NCBI RefSeq assembly: GCF_009914755.1
Contig: NC_060947.1
Reading direction: 5' to 3' (one strand)
Length of the DNA: 64,000 bases
DNA from: the human T2T-CHM13v2.0 reference genome, Homo sapiens
The notes below the pieces were generated by a model. That model was not told the DNA's origin. It searched no databases and saw only the letters and a list, made by a program, of their open reading frames with translations. Shown here piece after piece: positions 43,201 through 58,852 of the stretch (its first letter is position 1; the number at the start of each line of letters is the position of its first letter). The position numbers and the translations under genes are program-made.

Positions 43201-46199
43201 GAGATTGTTTTATGTGCTGAGGAGAAGAATGTGTATTCTGTAGATGTTGGTTACATGTTCTATAAATGTCTGTTAGGTTCATTTGGTCTAAGGTAGAGTT
43301 AAAATCCAATGTTTCTTTATTAATTTTCTGTTGATGATCTCTTTAATGCTGAGAGTGGGATGTTGACATCCCCAACTATTATTATGCAGAATTCCATCTC
43401 TCCTTTTACATATAATAATATTTGCTTTATATATGTGTGTTCTCCTGAGTTGGGTGAATGTATGTTTGGAATTTTTATTTCTCTTGTTGAATTGATCCCT
43501 TTATCATTATATAATGACTTTCTTTGTCTTTTTTTTTTTTACAGTGTTTGACTTAAAGTCTATTTCATCTGACATAAGTATAGCTACTCTTGCTTGTATT
43601 TGGTTTCTGTTTGCATGAAATAACTTTTTCCAACCCATTTTTAGTCTACATGTTTCTGTACAGGTGAGATGAGTTTCCTATAGGCAGCACATAATTGGGT
43701 AATTGTTTTTTTCCATTCAGACAGTCTATATCTTTTAAGTGGAAAGTTTAATCTGTTTACATTCAGCTATTGTTGCTGTGTGAGGATTTCTTCCTGTCAT
43801 TTCATTAAATGATTTCTCATTATTTGTCTATTCATTTTTCTTTCTTTCTCTCTTATTGTTTATTATTGTGGTTTGGTGGTTGTTTTTAGTGGTAACATTT
43901 GAATCTTTTCCTTGTTTGTGTGTTTGCTCTACCAGTGGTTTGCATATTTTTGTTTTCATGATTGCAGATAACCTTTTGTACTCAGGTATATAACTTCCTT
44001 AAGAATTTCTTGTAGGACCAATCTAGTGGTGATAAATTCCCTCAGCTTTAGCTTCTCTGTGAAAGACTTTATTTCTTCTTGATTTATAACAACAATTTTT
44101 CTCGCTATAGTATCCCTGGCTAGCAGGGTTTTTTTTCTTTCAGCACTTTAAATGTATCATTCAATTATGTCCTGGCCTAAAAGGTTTCTGCTGAGAAGTC
44201 TGCTGTTAGTCTGATGGGTGTTCCTTTATGGGTGACTAGATTAGTCACACTTGCTGTTTTAAGAATTATCTCTTCATCTTTTACTTTAGACAGTTTGACT
44301 ATAATATGCCATGGAGACCTTTTTGCATTTTATCTGTTTGGGAATCTCAGCACCTTTTGTATCTGGATGACTAAATTTCCTGGTATATCTGGGAAGTTTT
44401 CATCTATTATTTTGTCAAATTGATTTTCCAAACTGTTTGTTTTCTCTTTGCCTTCTGGGACTCTGAAAACTTGAATGTTTTTTCATTTTATAATGTTCCA
44501 CATGTCACATAGGCTTTGCTTGTAGTTATTTATTTATTTATTTATTCTTTACTTTTGTCTGATGGGTTATTTAAAAAGGCCTGTCCTCAAGTTCTGAGAC
44601 TTTTTCTTCTGCTGCTCAATCCAGTCTATTGACAAAGCTTTCAAATGCATTTTGTATTTCAGTTAACTAATTCTTCAGTTCCAGAATTTGGTTCTGTTTA
44701 ATGGTACTTATTCTTTGGTCAAATTCTCATTCATATTCTGAATTTTTTTCTTATTTATTTGCATTGTTTCTCAATATTCTCTTACAACTCACTGAATTTC
44801 TTTAAAATCAATATTGTGAATTATTTCTCCAGGATTTCATAAATTTGTTCTTGATTGGGATCTGTTGCTGGAAATGTATTGTGTTTCTTTGGAGGTGTCA
44901 AATTTCCTTTTTTTCTTCCTGTGTCCTTATATTGATATATGTACATCTGTTGTAACAGTCACTTATTTCGAGTTTTTCTATTTACTTTTGTAGAAGAGGA
45001 CTTTTTCTGAAGATGTATCTACGATGTTGGTTGGGTACAGCACTTTGGCATTGATTCAAGATGTGTGCAATAGTGTTGTCTCTGTATGATTTCTTCAGCT
45101 GTAAACAGTATCAGTGGTATCTGTAATTTCTTTGGTGGCTTAGAGTGTGGTTATTAGTGGAGGCTGTAGTGAAATTTTGCTCTGGACTGCCATGCCAGGT
45201 GGGACAGTCTTTGGGCCCTAGTCATGGCACGTGTGAATGCAGCATGTTTGTCCTTGAGCTCCAGGGTAAGGTACACTGGCATCAGTGTCAGGGGGTCTAC
45301 ATAAGCCTATTCTTGGGATTCCAGGTGGCTTGCTAAATGCCAGTATTGGTTGCAGAGGACCAGACAAGTGGGAATCCTTAGGCATCTGGCCAGCTAGTCT
45401 GGTGTAAACAATGGCAGTAGCCATGGCAGAGATGACCCTCTGGTTCCTAAGCAGTGCATGCTGGTGCTAGCAGTGGCTATAGTGGCTGTAATGAGCTGGT
45501 CAGGCCTATCTGCAGGCCTGCAAGTTACATGTTTAGTTAGGTGCCAGTTGTGGTAGTAGTGGCAGGGTGAGTAGGCCCAACCTCAGGCTACCAGGAGGAG
45601 TGCTCAGGTGCCAATGGTTGTGCACTGAACTGAGCAATCACCAAGCATCCAGACTGTGTGCTCTGTCATGGCAATGGGTCTGAAGCTGGGCCATGCAGGC
45701 TTGTCCTCAGGGTCCCCAATGGTGTGTGCAGGTGACTTCTGTGGTAGACAAGGGCAGGGCGATCCCCAGGCCACCAGAGTAATGCTCAGGTTGGGGGCAG
45801 CAATGGTCATGTTGTGTCCCTGTCACTGTGGAGGGTGCATCCACCTTCACTGGTGGCAGCCTAGGCTGATAGATGGGGAATATGTGCCTTACTCTCACCT
45901 CAGTCACGGCAGTGGCATCCAACATCCTGCTCACACCTTAGACTCAGTTGTAGCAGGCTGTACCCTGCTCACACTTCAGTTGTGGTGGCACTGTTCTATG
46001 CCTCACTTGTGCCTCAGCCTCAGTGGTAGCAGCCCATGCCCTGATTGCACCTCAGCCATGAGAGTTGCAGTCTATGCCTAATTCACACCTCTCCTCCAGC
46101 AGTGGCAGCTCATGCTTCACCCTCTTTCTCTGCATTGGCACTGCTAGGTCCCAGAACAGTGTGCAGTCTGTTGTGGAGTGAGCTCTTAAAATGCAAAAA
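40231..46199 (-). mobile_element. Near full-length L1MA (L1MA4-like), antisense, with internal deletions
   Basis: L1MA 3'UTR at 40240-40600; ORF2 peptides 'DTFLDTYNLPGLNQEEI' and '[11 protein letters not shown]'; GC-richer 5'UTR; probable TSD tgacaaagtaa (40220-40230)/tgacaaactaa (46200-46210). Confidence 0.88.
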
Positions 46200-47400
46200 T
46201 GACAAACTAAATAAATTGGAAAAATCTTTTAAACGAATTGTGCTGGAGAAAATGGGTATTCATCAAAATATAAAAGTGAAAACTATACAGTTTCTAGAAG
46301 AACATATGGGAGAACAAATATATTCACTACTTGGGCAGAGGCAAAGTTTTTTCAGACATAGAGAACCAATAACCATAAACAAAAGTATCTATGAATTAGG
46401 CTTCATTGAATTTTAAAACTGCTGCTCATGAAAACAAAAAGAATTAAAAAATTGATGACTCCACAAGCCATAGTATTCACAATACATATGTCTGACAAAA
46501 ATATTTGCAATACATATATCTGACCAAAAAAACCTCTATCAAGAGAATATTAAGAAACTTTATGAATTAATAGATAAGCAGCCCATTTAAAAAGGGAAAA
46601 TATTTGAACAGATATTTTGTAAGGAATATATTCAAATGGCCCATGTATACATGATCAAAAAGAACATAAGAATATGTTTAGCATCATTAGTTATTAGGGA
46701 AATGCAAATTAAAACCACAATGAAATGCTACTACACCACCATTAAAGTGCCTAAAATTATAAAGCTTGACAGATCTAAATGTTAGTGAGGATTTAGAGCC
46801 ACCTACAATCTCCTACATTGCTAGTAGAAATGTAAAATGGTGTAAACACTTTAGGAAACATTGTTTAACGTTTAGATTAAACATATATCAACCATATAAC
46901 CTAACGAGACCACTTCTAGGTAATTACTCAAGAAAAAGAAAACTTGTTCAACTCAAACTATTGTATATGAATGTTAAAGTGACTTTATTCACAATCACAA
47001 AAACTGGAAACTAAATTTTCCATCATTGGATGTGTAGGTACAATGGAACACTACTCAGTAATTAAAAAAGAATAAATTACTAATACATAAAATGACATGG
47101 ATAAATCTCAAAAATGTTATGCTGAGTTAATGAAGCCAGGAATATGTTATTCTATAAATGTAAAGTAATAGAAAATACAAAGAAATCTATAATGATAGAA
47201 AGTACACCAATTATTGCCTGGGAATGGAGGTGAGGGGCATTGACTACATGGGAACACAAAAGCACTTTTTCTGATGATGAAAATTATCCATATCTTCATT
47301 ATGGTAAAAATTACATGGGCGAATACATTTTTCAAGACTCATGGCCATGTACATTTTGCATGGGTGAATTTTATTGTTTATAAATTATGTCATTAAAATG
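46200..47400 (+). mobile_element. L1ME-class 3' end
   Basis: 'attagggaaatgcaaattaaaaccacaatga', 'acatggataaatctcaaaaatgttatgctgagt' and an old-type 3'UTR. Confidence 0.8.
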
Positions 47401-47404
47401 GATT

Positions 47405-47630
47405 TTTTGAAAGTTCACCAGGTCGTTGTAATCTGCAATCAGATTTGATAAACATTGCTCCATAGCCTTGCTTCTCAAGTGCATTTCTGAGACTAGCAGT
47501 ATTTGATCCCCTGGGGAACTCATTAGGAATATAGAATTTCAGCCCCCACCCACAGCTATTGAATCACACTTGCATTTTAACAAGATCGACAGGAAATTTA
47601 AATGCTCACTAACATTTGAGAAACACTGCC
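47405..47630. mobile_element. MER5A (hAT-Charlie MITE), one partial and one near-full copy
   Basis: 'ttctcaagtg...tattgaatca..ttgcattttaacaagatc...tttgagaaacactg'. Confidence 0.75.
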
Positions 47631-47649
47631 ATAATGGAATCGTGAGCTG

Positions 47650-47814
47650 GAGGCAACCTGGATACCTTAATCACCACATGGAGAAAAGCCACCAACTGAC
47701 CAAAAACATCCACTTTACTCTCTGATGTGAACAAAAAGTAAACTTTTATTGTAGTTGAGGTATTTTGATTTGGGGTCTATTAGTTATGACAGATTAGACT
47801 ATCTGACTATAACA
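47650..47814 (+). mobile_element. MLT1 (MaLR) LTR 3' fragment
   Basis: 'taaacttttattgt...tttggggtctattagttatgacag...tatctgactataaca'. Confidence 0.6.
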
Positions 47815-48347
47815 AGATTGATCTTGTATTCCTCAGGGGGCTGAGTACCCAGACCAAATTGGTCTCAATGGAAAATAACCTTGAAGGCTCATGTTCATGC
47901 TTCATCTTTAAAATTCATTCAAATTACTTTCTTTTTGGTGCTGTATTTTTATTTTTTGGAAACAATAATAATGTTTTAAACTACATATTAGTTAAATTAC
48001 TTCATTGCTTTCTCCTAAATCTAGAAGCAAAACTAAAGATCCAAAAAGACCATTTTGTTGCTTTCCCTTCCTCCAAAGGTTATGTGTTCACTGTTTAAGA
48101 AGTATAGAGTAAAATATACAGTGTATGAAACAGAACAGAAACTAAATAAATGTTTTCTTGTTGCCCAAGGAAAGATGGTCGGATTTGAAAGAGAACTGTC
48201 TGCAAATAGTACTTTAAATCATAAGAATGACTTCCTAAGTGTGTAATTTTGGGGACTTTGATGGGTTTGGCAAGAAGAAACCTTGCAAAGGCAAACCTTC
48301 CCTGGGTCTCTCAAATCATACCATGAAGTGGTTTGCCTATTCTGTAC

Positions 48348-48879
48348 TGTCAAAAGACAAAACTACAACAAATTTAGTTTAATGATTGCAGTTGGCTTTA
48401 TTTGTGATTCTAGAATCAGGCAACACTTTATTCCATAAAATAGAAAAAGTGTTCCAATGAACTGAACAGAAGACATTGGCTTTATGGACAGAGAAGGGCT
48501 GAAGAAAGCAAAATCAAAGAACAAAGAGTATTAATTGTTCCAAAGATACTTTCTTTTGTAAGACAAGGACAGGAAGAAAGAATAGTAGAAAAATAACTGA
48601 TTAGTTAACATCAGATTACTTTAATCTACTTTCTTGTGTAGGGATCAAGGCAGAGGAGCTTCATCATGATGCTGATTTGGGATTTAAACTGACCTGTTTG
48701 GGAAAATGGCTATTATCCCTTTTTCTTGATTTCTCAGAAGGTCAGATAACAACTTAGTTTAGGTTTGGTGACATGGAAGTTTAGCACGGGTGACATCATT
48801 TTGATTTTAGTCTGGTCTGCTGGGGCCTAGTGCAGGAGCTTAGTCCATAACAATGACCTCTTATAATGTTATTTGAAAA
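48348..48879 (-). mobile_element. MER67-type ERV1 LTR (3' LTR of a minus-strand provirus)
   Basis: Reverse complement of 'gagctcctgcactaggcccca.cagaccagactaaaaatcaaaatg...caaacctaaactaagttgttatctgacc'; adjacent 'gtccccttttt' is a minus-strand polypurine tract. Confidence 0.75.
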
Positions 48880-49477
48880 TGTCCCCTTTTTGGTCATGCT
48901 TTCACCTAGGTGAGAAATTATAAGAGGCCACCTAGGTGATGTTAACTAATCATCTATGTGAGAACATAACCAAAACTTAGAGCATCAGCACTACTCTCAG
49001 TTACCATAATTTGGGGTTTAGTCTCAGCATACCATTTAAGTGTTTTTGTGTCCTCCTCATTCTAATGTGTTTCGTTGAGTTTTTGTTCCAGCCAAAGATA
49101 TCATTTGACTTTTGACAGATGGCTGTATGGAAACATTAAAAACTTTTTGAGCAGATACAGTGCACCAGGGAGACTACCATTATGACTATCAGGAAGATAA
49201 TACCAAGAGTTTGTAGTATATTCATTAGTCAGGGTACCTATAAACTGAAACAACTAAAGTAGAATGGACAGACAAGGCATCTACCCATTTTAACCAAGAG
49301 GTCTGCTCTACAACACCCAATATATTTATCTATGTGCAACAAGAAATGTCATCAAGTGCACGGATTCTTCTCTGTTTAATTAGTAGGTAATCTAGCAGGC
49401 AATGACTGGGTTAAATTAAAGCAGGTACTACAAGTTACCTGCAGAAGCTACTGATAGTGAAATTTTAACTACAGCAT

Positions 49478-49986
49478 TGTTACAGGATCTTTGGGGTGTC
49501 ACTTTTCTGACAGGAAACCTGTGGATGGTGGCACCTTTACTTGAGTTTTGCTTGGGCCCACTGGGCCTATTCTGCCCACTCAGTCTGGCAGGCTTTGCTC
49601 AGCTCATGCTACCGGCCTGGATCCTATGCCTCCAAGGGATACTGACCCTCAGAGGGGTGGGTGCAGTGGTTGTGCCATTGGCTGGGTCCTGGAAGTGGGC
49701 AGTGCTCCCACTTCCAGCCCTGGGCCTCCAAAGTGCAGCCCCACCTCTGCCTCCCAGCCCTGCACTCCATGTGCAAGCCAGCACCACCCTGGGACCCCTC
49801 TCTGCCCAGTCGCGCTGCTCCCCCTTTGTGCTGCTTCCCCACTGGTGGGCAACCCAGCCTGGACCCTTCATGGTGGCCTCCAGGGTGGTGGGCTGTGTGG
49901 GGGCTGTCCACATTCTCCCCATGCCCTCCCTGCAGCAGCTGGTGTGGCAACCAGTGGCCGCTCCAGATGGCCCAGTGCTGCCAACA
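49478..49986 (-). mobile_element. MER52 LTR, internally deleted
   Basis: GC-rich; termini 'tgttacaggatctttggggtgtc' and 'ctccagatggcccagtgctgccaaca'; 4-bp TSD gcat. Confidence 0.85.
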
Positions 49987-51007
49987 GCATTATCTTGCCA
50001 ATTGAAAGAGGTGGGCATAAGGAAAAATTAAGAGAGGTAAGGTTCTTATTATGATAGAGAGTCTTGACCTGACAATCTTTGGAAAAGCTGTCTACAGCAT
50101 GAAATCAACAGTATAACAATGCGTAGTCCTGGTTTGCAATCTGAATGCTTCTAGTTGTGGCATTGTGTATTCTGGTGAACTCTCTATGTAGCCCATGCAG
50201 CAGGCATGAGACTTATCCTTTGAAATTTACTTCAAGTTATCCAACTTCAGCTGATAGAGCCTTCAGAAACTTGGAGTTTTTATTTTAGTTTGGAGAGTTG
50301 TGGCCAGATATTAGAGAAAACTGGAATTCAAAATCCAGTCTAGTCTATAGGTAGATAATAAAAACTCAAAACCAATGAACAGTGCAATATTCTAATAACA
50401 GGACTACCACAGTTTTCTTTGGAAACAATTTTTCTCTCTACAGTCACCCCAATTTCTATTGAAGATAATCATGGTAAGACCAATTTGCCTGATAATTTAC
50501 ATAAGTACAGCAAGAATAATCACATGGGCTCCATTTAAATTTCTTTGCTGGAAATTTTGACAAGGAACCTCAGATTAGTCTTTTAAAAACCTCTTGAAGA
50601 TTTGAAGCCAAACCAAGGCAGACACTAGACTTTGCCTGATGTATCTAATATCTTGAGGTTCCGGGGCCTGTCAGGAAGTGACAACGTTTTGCTCATTCAC
50701 TGTAAGACTGGGAACCCTTAAAGCCAAGCTTTCTGTGCAGGCTTTCAAATATGACATTTTACTCAATGCCTTAGTAAAATAATGAATGTTTCCAATTGTA
50801 TCCTGTTAAAAGAGAGCAGATTCTTATTGAACTTATTATGCAAATAACTATTTGCCATAAAAATGAGAATACTCACAGTTTCTTAAGAAAAACAAGTGTT
50901 TCAATTTTTGTTTACAAAAGTATGCTCTACCAAATTGTTGTAAGCTATAGATAACATGAAAAGAAAAAGTTTTCTTAAATCTAAAATACAAAACTTTAAA
51001 AGAACCT

Positions 51008-51295
51008 GCAAAATGGGGTATAGGGAGAGATGTGTTAAAAGATACAAAATTACAACTAGATAGCAGGAATAACTTCTAGTGTTCTGTAGCACTGTAGTAC
51101 GACTATTATATAGTTTCAGATAACAAGAAGGAGGATATTGAATGCTCCCAATACAGAACATGCATAAAGAAATGATAAATGTTTGAGATGATGGATATCT
51201 AATTACCCTGATCTGATTACTACACATTATATGTATCACATCATTATGTACCCCATCAATATGTAAAATTATAATGTGTCAATTTAAAAATGCTT
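51008..51295 (+). mobile_element. L1MA 3'UTR fragment
   Basis: 'gatacaaaattacaactagatag...aagaaatgataaatgtttgagatgatggatat..attaccctgat'. Confidence 0.85.
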
Positions 51296-52285
51296 TTTAA
51301 AACAACAAGCAGTTTCAAATAAAGAAGACTTAAAAACCTATAATTCTTTTTAATCAATTCATTCAGTCTCATGTAATTAATTCTTGCTCTGATCTTGGTT
51401 AGCAGTTTCGCAAACTTATCAGTTTCTTCATTAGAGTTTTCAAAATTCAGTCCAATAATATGAACTCAGAGTTATTAGAAACGTGTACATTTCAGAGTTC
51501 TTTTCATTCTTTCCATGAACCTCTTTGAAGACATAATGCTTTAGGATTAAAATTGCTTGCAAGAAGCTTTCAGAAAGGCATCAGAATAAAGCAATTAACT
51601 GTGGACATCAAGACATAAGATAGCCATGGTTAAAAACCTGATGAAAGTTAGCCAATTGACAAGGATATTTTGCTATTTCTGTGACATACAACAATTTAAA
51701 ATAACCAAACTTATTACTCACAGCATTTATACAAAGACACATAAGATTTCTATGAACTGTGTACAATTTTAGAATGCATTAATAACATATCCATAGAAAT
51801 ATAACTCAATGAAGGTTAGCAATCATTCTTTATGTTGGCAATGTTTCTCATACAATTTAACACATCAGATAAGACCATTTGGTTTCATATCTCTTTTACA
51901 CATCCTCTGAGAAGTTCCAGGGCCCTCAGGAATGTCTCAAAGTTAATTCTAACTCAAAAATACTGAATTTTGAATTTTGAGAAATTTGTCAAACATTAAA
52001 TGTGTAAAACAGTTGATCAGAATAAAAATCACAGGACACTACGAAATAAAACCAGAGTGGCAAAAGATTTCAAAGGCACAAAGCAAAAGAAATTATTGTG
52101 ATAAATATGGAATTTCTGTTCCCTAGGCTAGTTACCTAAAAGGTAAAGTAAAACCTCTCATAATTTTCTGTTAAGAGCACATGAATGTTCTGAGAAAACC
52201 CTATTGTTCCAACACAGGGGTGCGAACTCTGGTGTTGAATCTGTGTACTTTTGATACTACTGCTCAGCTTTTAGTAAAATTTATT

Positions 52286-55433
<3,148 letters not shown>

Positions 55434-55859
55434 CCTCTGAAAATTGCTGTTTTTTAAAAATATGTGTCCTCATGTCTTTTTACAAATTTTCTCACCAAAA
55501 ACACATCTTACTTTCCCTGGACACTTTGCATACAGAATTATTTTCCTTATTTCTAAGTATTTAAAATATGTATTAATTAGAATTTTAAACTCTCAGTAAC
55601 CATAATTTCTTGTAAAATCTAGAAAGTAAACAATGTACACTGCTTTTCACATAGCAACATTTTATGAATATATATCTTATAATTTCTAGAACTATGTACT
55701 TATTCATAGAAAAAATTAATGTTTACTAAGAAACTCAAATATATTTTGCTTCTCTATATCATATAAAAAAGGTACTAAAGTATTTACATTTAAATTTATG
55801 CTTAATAATTAATGTTTGCTAGTTTAACTTATTTCGAAATGATTCAGACATGTAATGAG

Positions 55860-56309
55860 TGTCAGGCCTCTGAGCCCAAGCTAAGCCATCACATCCCCTG
55901 TGACTAGCACATATACGCTCAGATGGCCTGAAGTAACTGAAGAATCACAAAGAAGTGAAAATGCCCTGCCCCACCTTAACTGATGACATTCCACCACAAA
56001 AGAAGTGAAAATGGCCGGTCCTTGCCTTAAGTGATGACATTACCTTGTAAGAGTCCTTTTCCTGGCTCATCCTAGCTCAAAAATCTCCCCTACTGAGCAC
56101 CCTGCGACCCCCACTCCTACCCGCCAAAGAACAACCCCCCTTTGACTGTAATTGTCCTTTACCTACCCAAATCCTATAAAACAGCCCCACCCCTATCTCC
56201 CTTTGCTGACTCTCTTTTCGGACTCAGCCCGCCTGCACCCAGGTGATTAAAAGCTTTATTGCTCACACAAAGCCTGTTTGGTGGTCTCTTCACACGGACG
56301 CGCATGAAA
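55860..56309 (+). promoter_or_regulatory. LTR7 5' LTR
   Basis: 'tgtcaggcctctgagcccaagc...catgaaa'; TATA-like 'cctataaaa'; ATTAAA at 56246-56251. Confidence 0.95.
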
Positions 56310-56311
56310 TT

Positions 56312-56329
56312 TGGTGCTGTGACTCAGAT
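56312..56329 (+). other. Primer-binding site, tRNA-His
   Basis: 'tggtgctgtgactcagat' versus the expected tggtgccgtgactcggat; two CpG-type changes. Confidence 0.9.
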
Positions 56330-56899
56330 CGGGGGACCTCCCTTGGGAGATCAATCCCCTGTCCTGTTCTTTGCTCCGTGAAAAAGATCCATCTATGACC
56401 TTAGGTCTTCAGACCCACCAGCCCAAGGAACATCTCACCAATTTTAAATCGGGTAAGCGGCCTCTTCTTACTCTCTTCTCCAACCTCTCTCACTATCCCT
56501 CAACCACTTTCTCCTTTCCACTCTTCAACCTCTCCCTTCTCTTAATTTCAATTCCTTTCATTTTCTGGTAGAGACAAAGGAGACACATTTTATCCATGGA
56601 CCCAAAACTCCGGCGCCGGTCACGGACTGGGAAGGCAGCCTTCCCTTGGTGTTTAATCATTGCAGGGACACCTCTCTGATTACTCACCCACGTTTCAGAG
56701 GTGTCAGACCACACAGGGACGTCTGCCTTGGTCCTTCACCCTTAGCGGCAAGTCCTGCTTTTCTGGGAGAGGGGCAAGTACCTCAACCCCTTCTCTCCAT
56801 GTCTCTACCCCTTCTCCACCTTTCTGGGGGGCAAGAAACCCCCAGCCCCTTCTCCTTCACCCTTAGGGGCAAGTCCCACTTTTCTGGTGGAGGGGCAAG

Positions 56900-57085
56900 T
56901 ACCCCAACCTTGTATCTCTGCACCCCAACCTCTTATATCTCTGTGCCCCGATCCCTTATTTCCATACCCCAACCTCTTATATCTCTGCACCCCGATCCCT
57001 TATTTCCATGCCCCAACCTCTTATATCTCTGCACCCTGATCCCTTATTTCCATGCCCTGACCTTGTATCTCTGTGCCCCAACCCC
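56900..57085 (+). repeat. HERV-H leader tandem repeat (~44-bp unit, ~4 copies)
   Basis: 'ccccaacctcttatatctctg..ccccgatcccttatttcca' repeated. Confidence 0.85.
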
Positions 57086-57299
57086 TTTCCTGCTTTTCTG
57101 GAGGGTAAGAACCCCCGAACCGCTTCCCTCCATGTCTCTACTCTCCCTTTTCTTTAAACTTGCCTCCTTAACTATAGGCAACTTTCCACCCTCCATTCCT
57201 CCTTCTTCTCCCTTAGCCTGTGTTCTTAAGAACATAAAACCTCTTCAACTCTTACCTGACCTAAATCCTAAATGCCTTATTTTCTTCTACAATGCTGCT

Positions 57300-58410
57300 T
57301 GACCCCAGTACAAACTTGACAGTGGTTCCAAATAGCCAGAAAATGGCACTTTCAATTTTTCCATCCTACAAGATCTAAATAATTCTTGTCATAAAATGGG
57401 CAAATGGTCTGAGGTGCCTGACATCCAGGCATTCTTTTATACATTGTTCCCTCCCTAGTCTCTGTTCCCAATGTGACTCATCCCAGATCCTCCTTCTTTC
57501 CCTCCCACCTGTCCCCTCAGTCCCAACCCCAAGCATCGCTGAGTCTTTCTAATCTTCCTTTTCTACAGACCCATCTGACTTCTCCCCTCCTCACCAGGCC
57601 AAGCCAGTCCCAATTCTTCCTCAGCCTCTGCTCCCCCACCCTATAATCCTTTTATCACCTCCCCTCCTCACACCCGGTCCAGCTTACAGTTACATTCCGC
57701 TACTAGCCTTCCCCCACCTGCCCAGAAATTTCCTCCTAAAAAGGTGGCTGGAGCTAAAGGTATAGTCAAGGTTAATGCTCCTTTTTCTTTATCTGACCTC
57801 TCCCAAAATCAGTTAGCGTTTAGGCTCTTTTTCATCAAATATAAAAACCCAGCCCAGTTCATGGCTCATTTGGCAGCAACCCTGAGATGCTTTACAGCCC
57901 TAAACCCTGAAAGGTCAGAAGGCCATCTTATTCTCAATATGCATTTTATTACCCAATTTGCTCCCGACATTAAATAAAGCTCCAAAAATTAAATTCTGGC
58001 CCTCAAACCCACAACAGGACTTAATTAACCTCACCTTCAAGGTGTACAGTAATAGAGTAGAGGCAGCCAAGTAGCAATGTATTTCTGAGTTGCAATTCCT
58101 TGCCTCCACTGTGAGAAACCCCAGCCACGTCTCCAGCACACATCTCCAAACACCTGAACTGCAGCTGCCAGGGGTTCCTCCAGAACCTCCTCCCCCAGGA
58201 GCTTGCTACAAGTGCCAGAAATCTGGCCACTGGGCCAAGGAATGACCGCAGCCCAGGATTCCTCCTAAGCCATGTCCCATCTGTGTGGGACCCCACTGGA
58301 AATCGGACTGTCCAACTCACCTGGCAGCCACTCCCAGAGCCCCTGGAACTCTGGCCCAAGGCTCTCTGACTCCTTCCCAGATCTTCTTGGCTTAGCGGCT
58401 GAAGACTGAT
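57300..58410 (+). pseudogene. gag: HERV-H gag remnant
   Basis: Two zinc knuckles near 58204-58310: CYKCQKSGHWAKE* (last Cys is a stop) and CPICVGPHWKSDC. Confidence 0.85.
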
Positions 58411-58475
58411 GCTGCCTGATTGCCTCGGAAGCCCCCTAGACCATCACGGACGCTGAGCTTCGGGTAACTCTCACA

Positions 58476-58748
58476 GTGGAAGGTAAGTCCGTCCCCTTCT
58501 TAATCAATACAGAGACTACCCTCTCCACATTACCTTATTTTCAAAGGCCTGTTTCCCTTGCCTCCATAACTGTTGTGGGTATTGACGGCCAAGCTTCAAA
58601 ACCCCTGAAAACTCCCCCACTCTGGTGCCAACTTGGACAACACTCTTTTATGCACTCTTTTTTAGTTATCCCCACCTTCCCAGTTCCCTTATTAGGCCGA
58701 GATATTTTAACCAAATTAGCTGCTTCCCTGACTATTCCTAGGCTATAG
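58476..58748 (+). pseudogene. pro: HERV-H protease remnant
   Basis: 'FLINTETT' (catalytic DTG lost), 'VVGIDG', 'PLLGRDIL'. Confidence 0.88.
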
Positions 58749-58852
58749 CCACACCTCATTGCCACCTTTTCCCCAGTTCAAAGCCTCCTTCACATCCTCC
58801 TCTCGTATCCCCCCTCCTTAACCCACAAGTATAAGATACCTCTATTCCCTCC

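Noticed and set aside
45145-46416. Cluster of ORFs in GC-richer DNA
   Set aside because: Antisense L1 5'UTR; chance frames.
49477-50054. Six overlapping ORFs up to 184 aa
   Set aside because: All fall in the GC-rich MER52 LTR, where stop codons are rare; no protein family resemblance.
56312-56329. tRNA-His-like sequence
   Set aside because: It is the 18-nt retroviral primer-binding site, not a tRNA gene.
56900-57085. CRISPR-like repeated units
   Set aside because: No unique spacers; known HERV-H leader repeat in a mammalian context.
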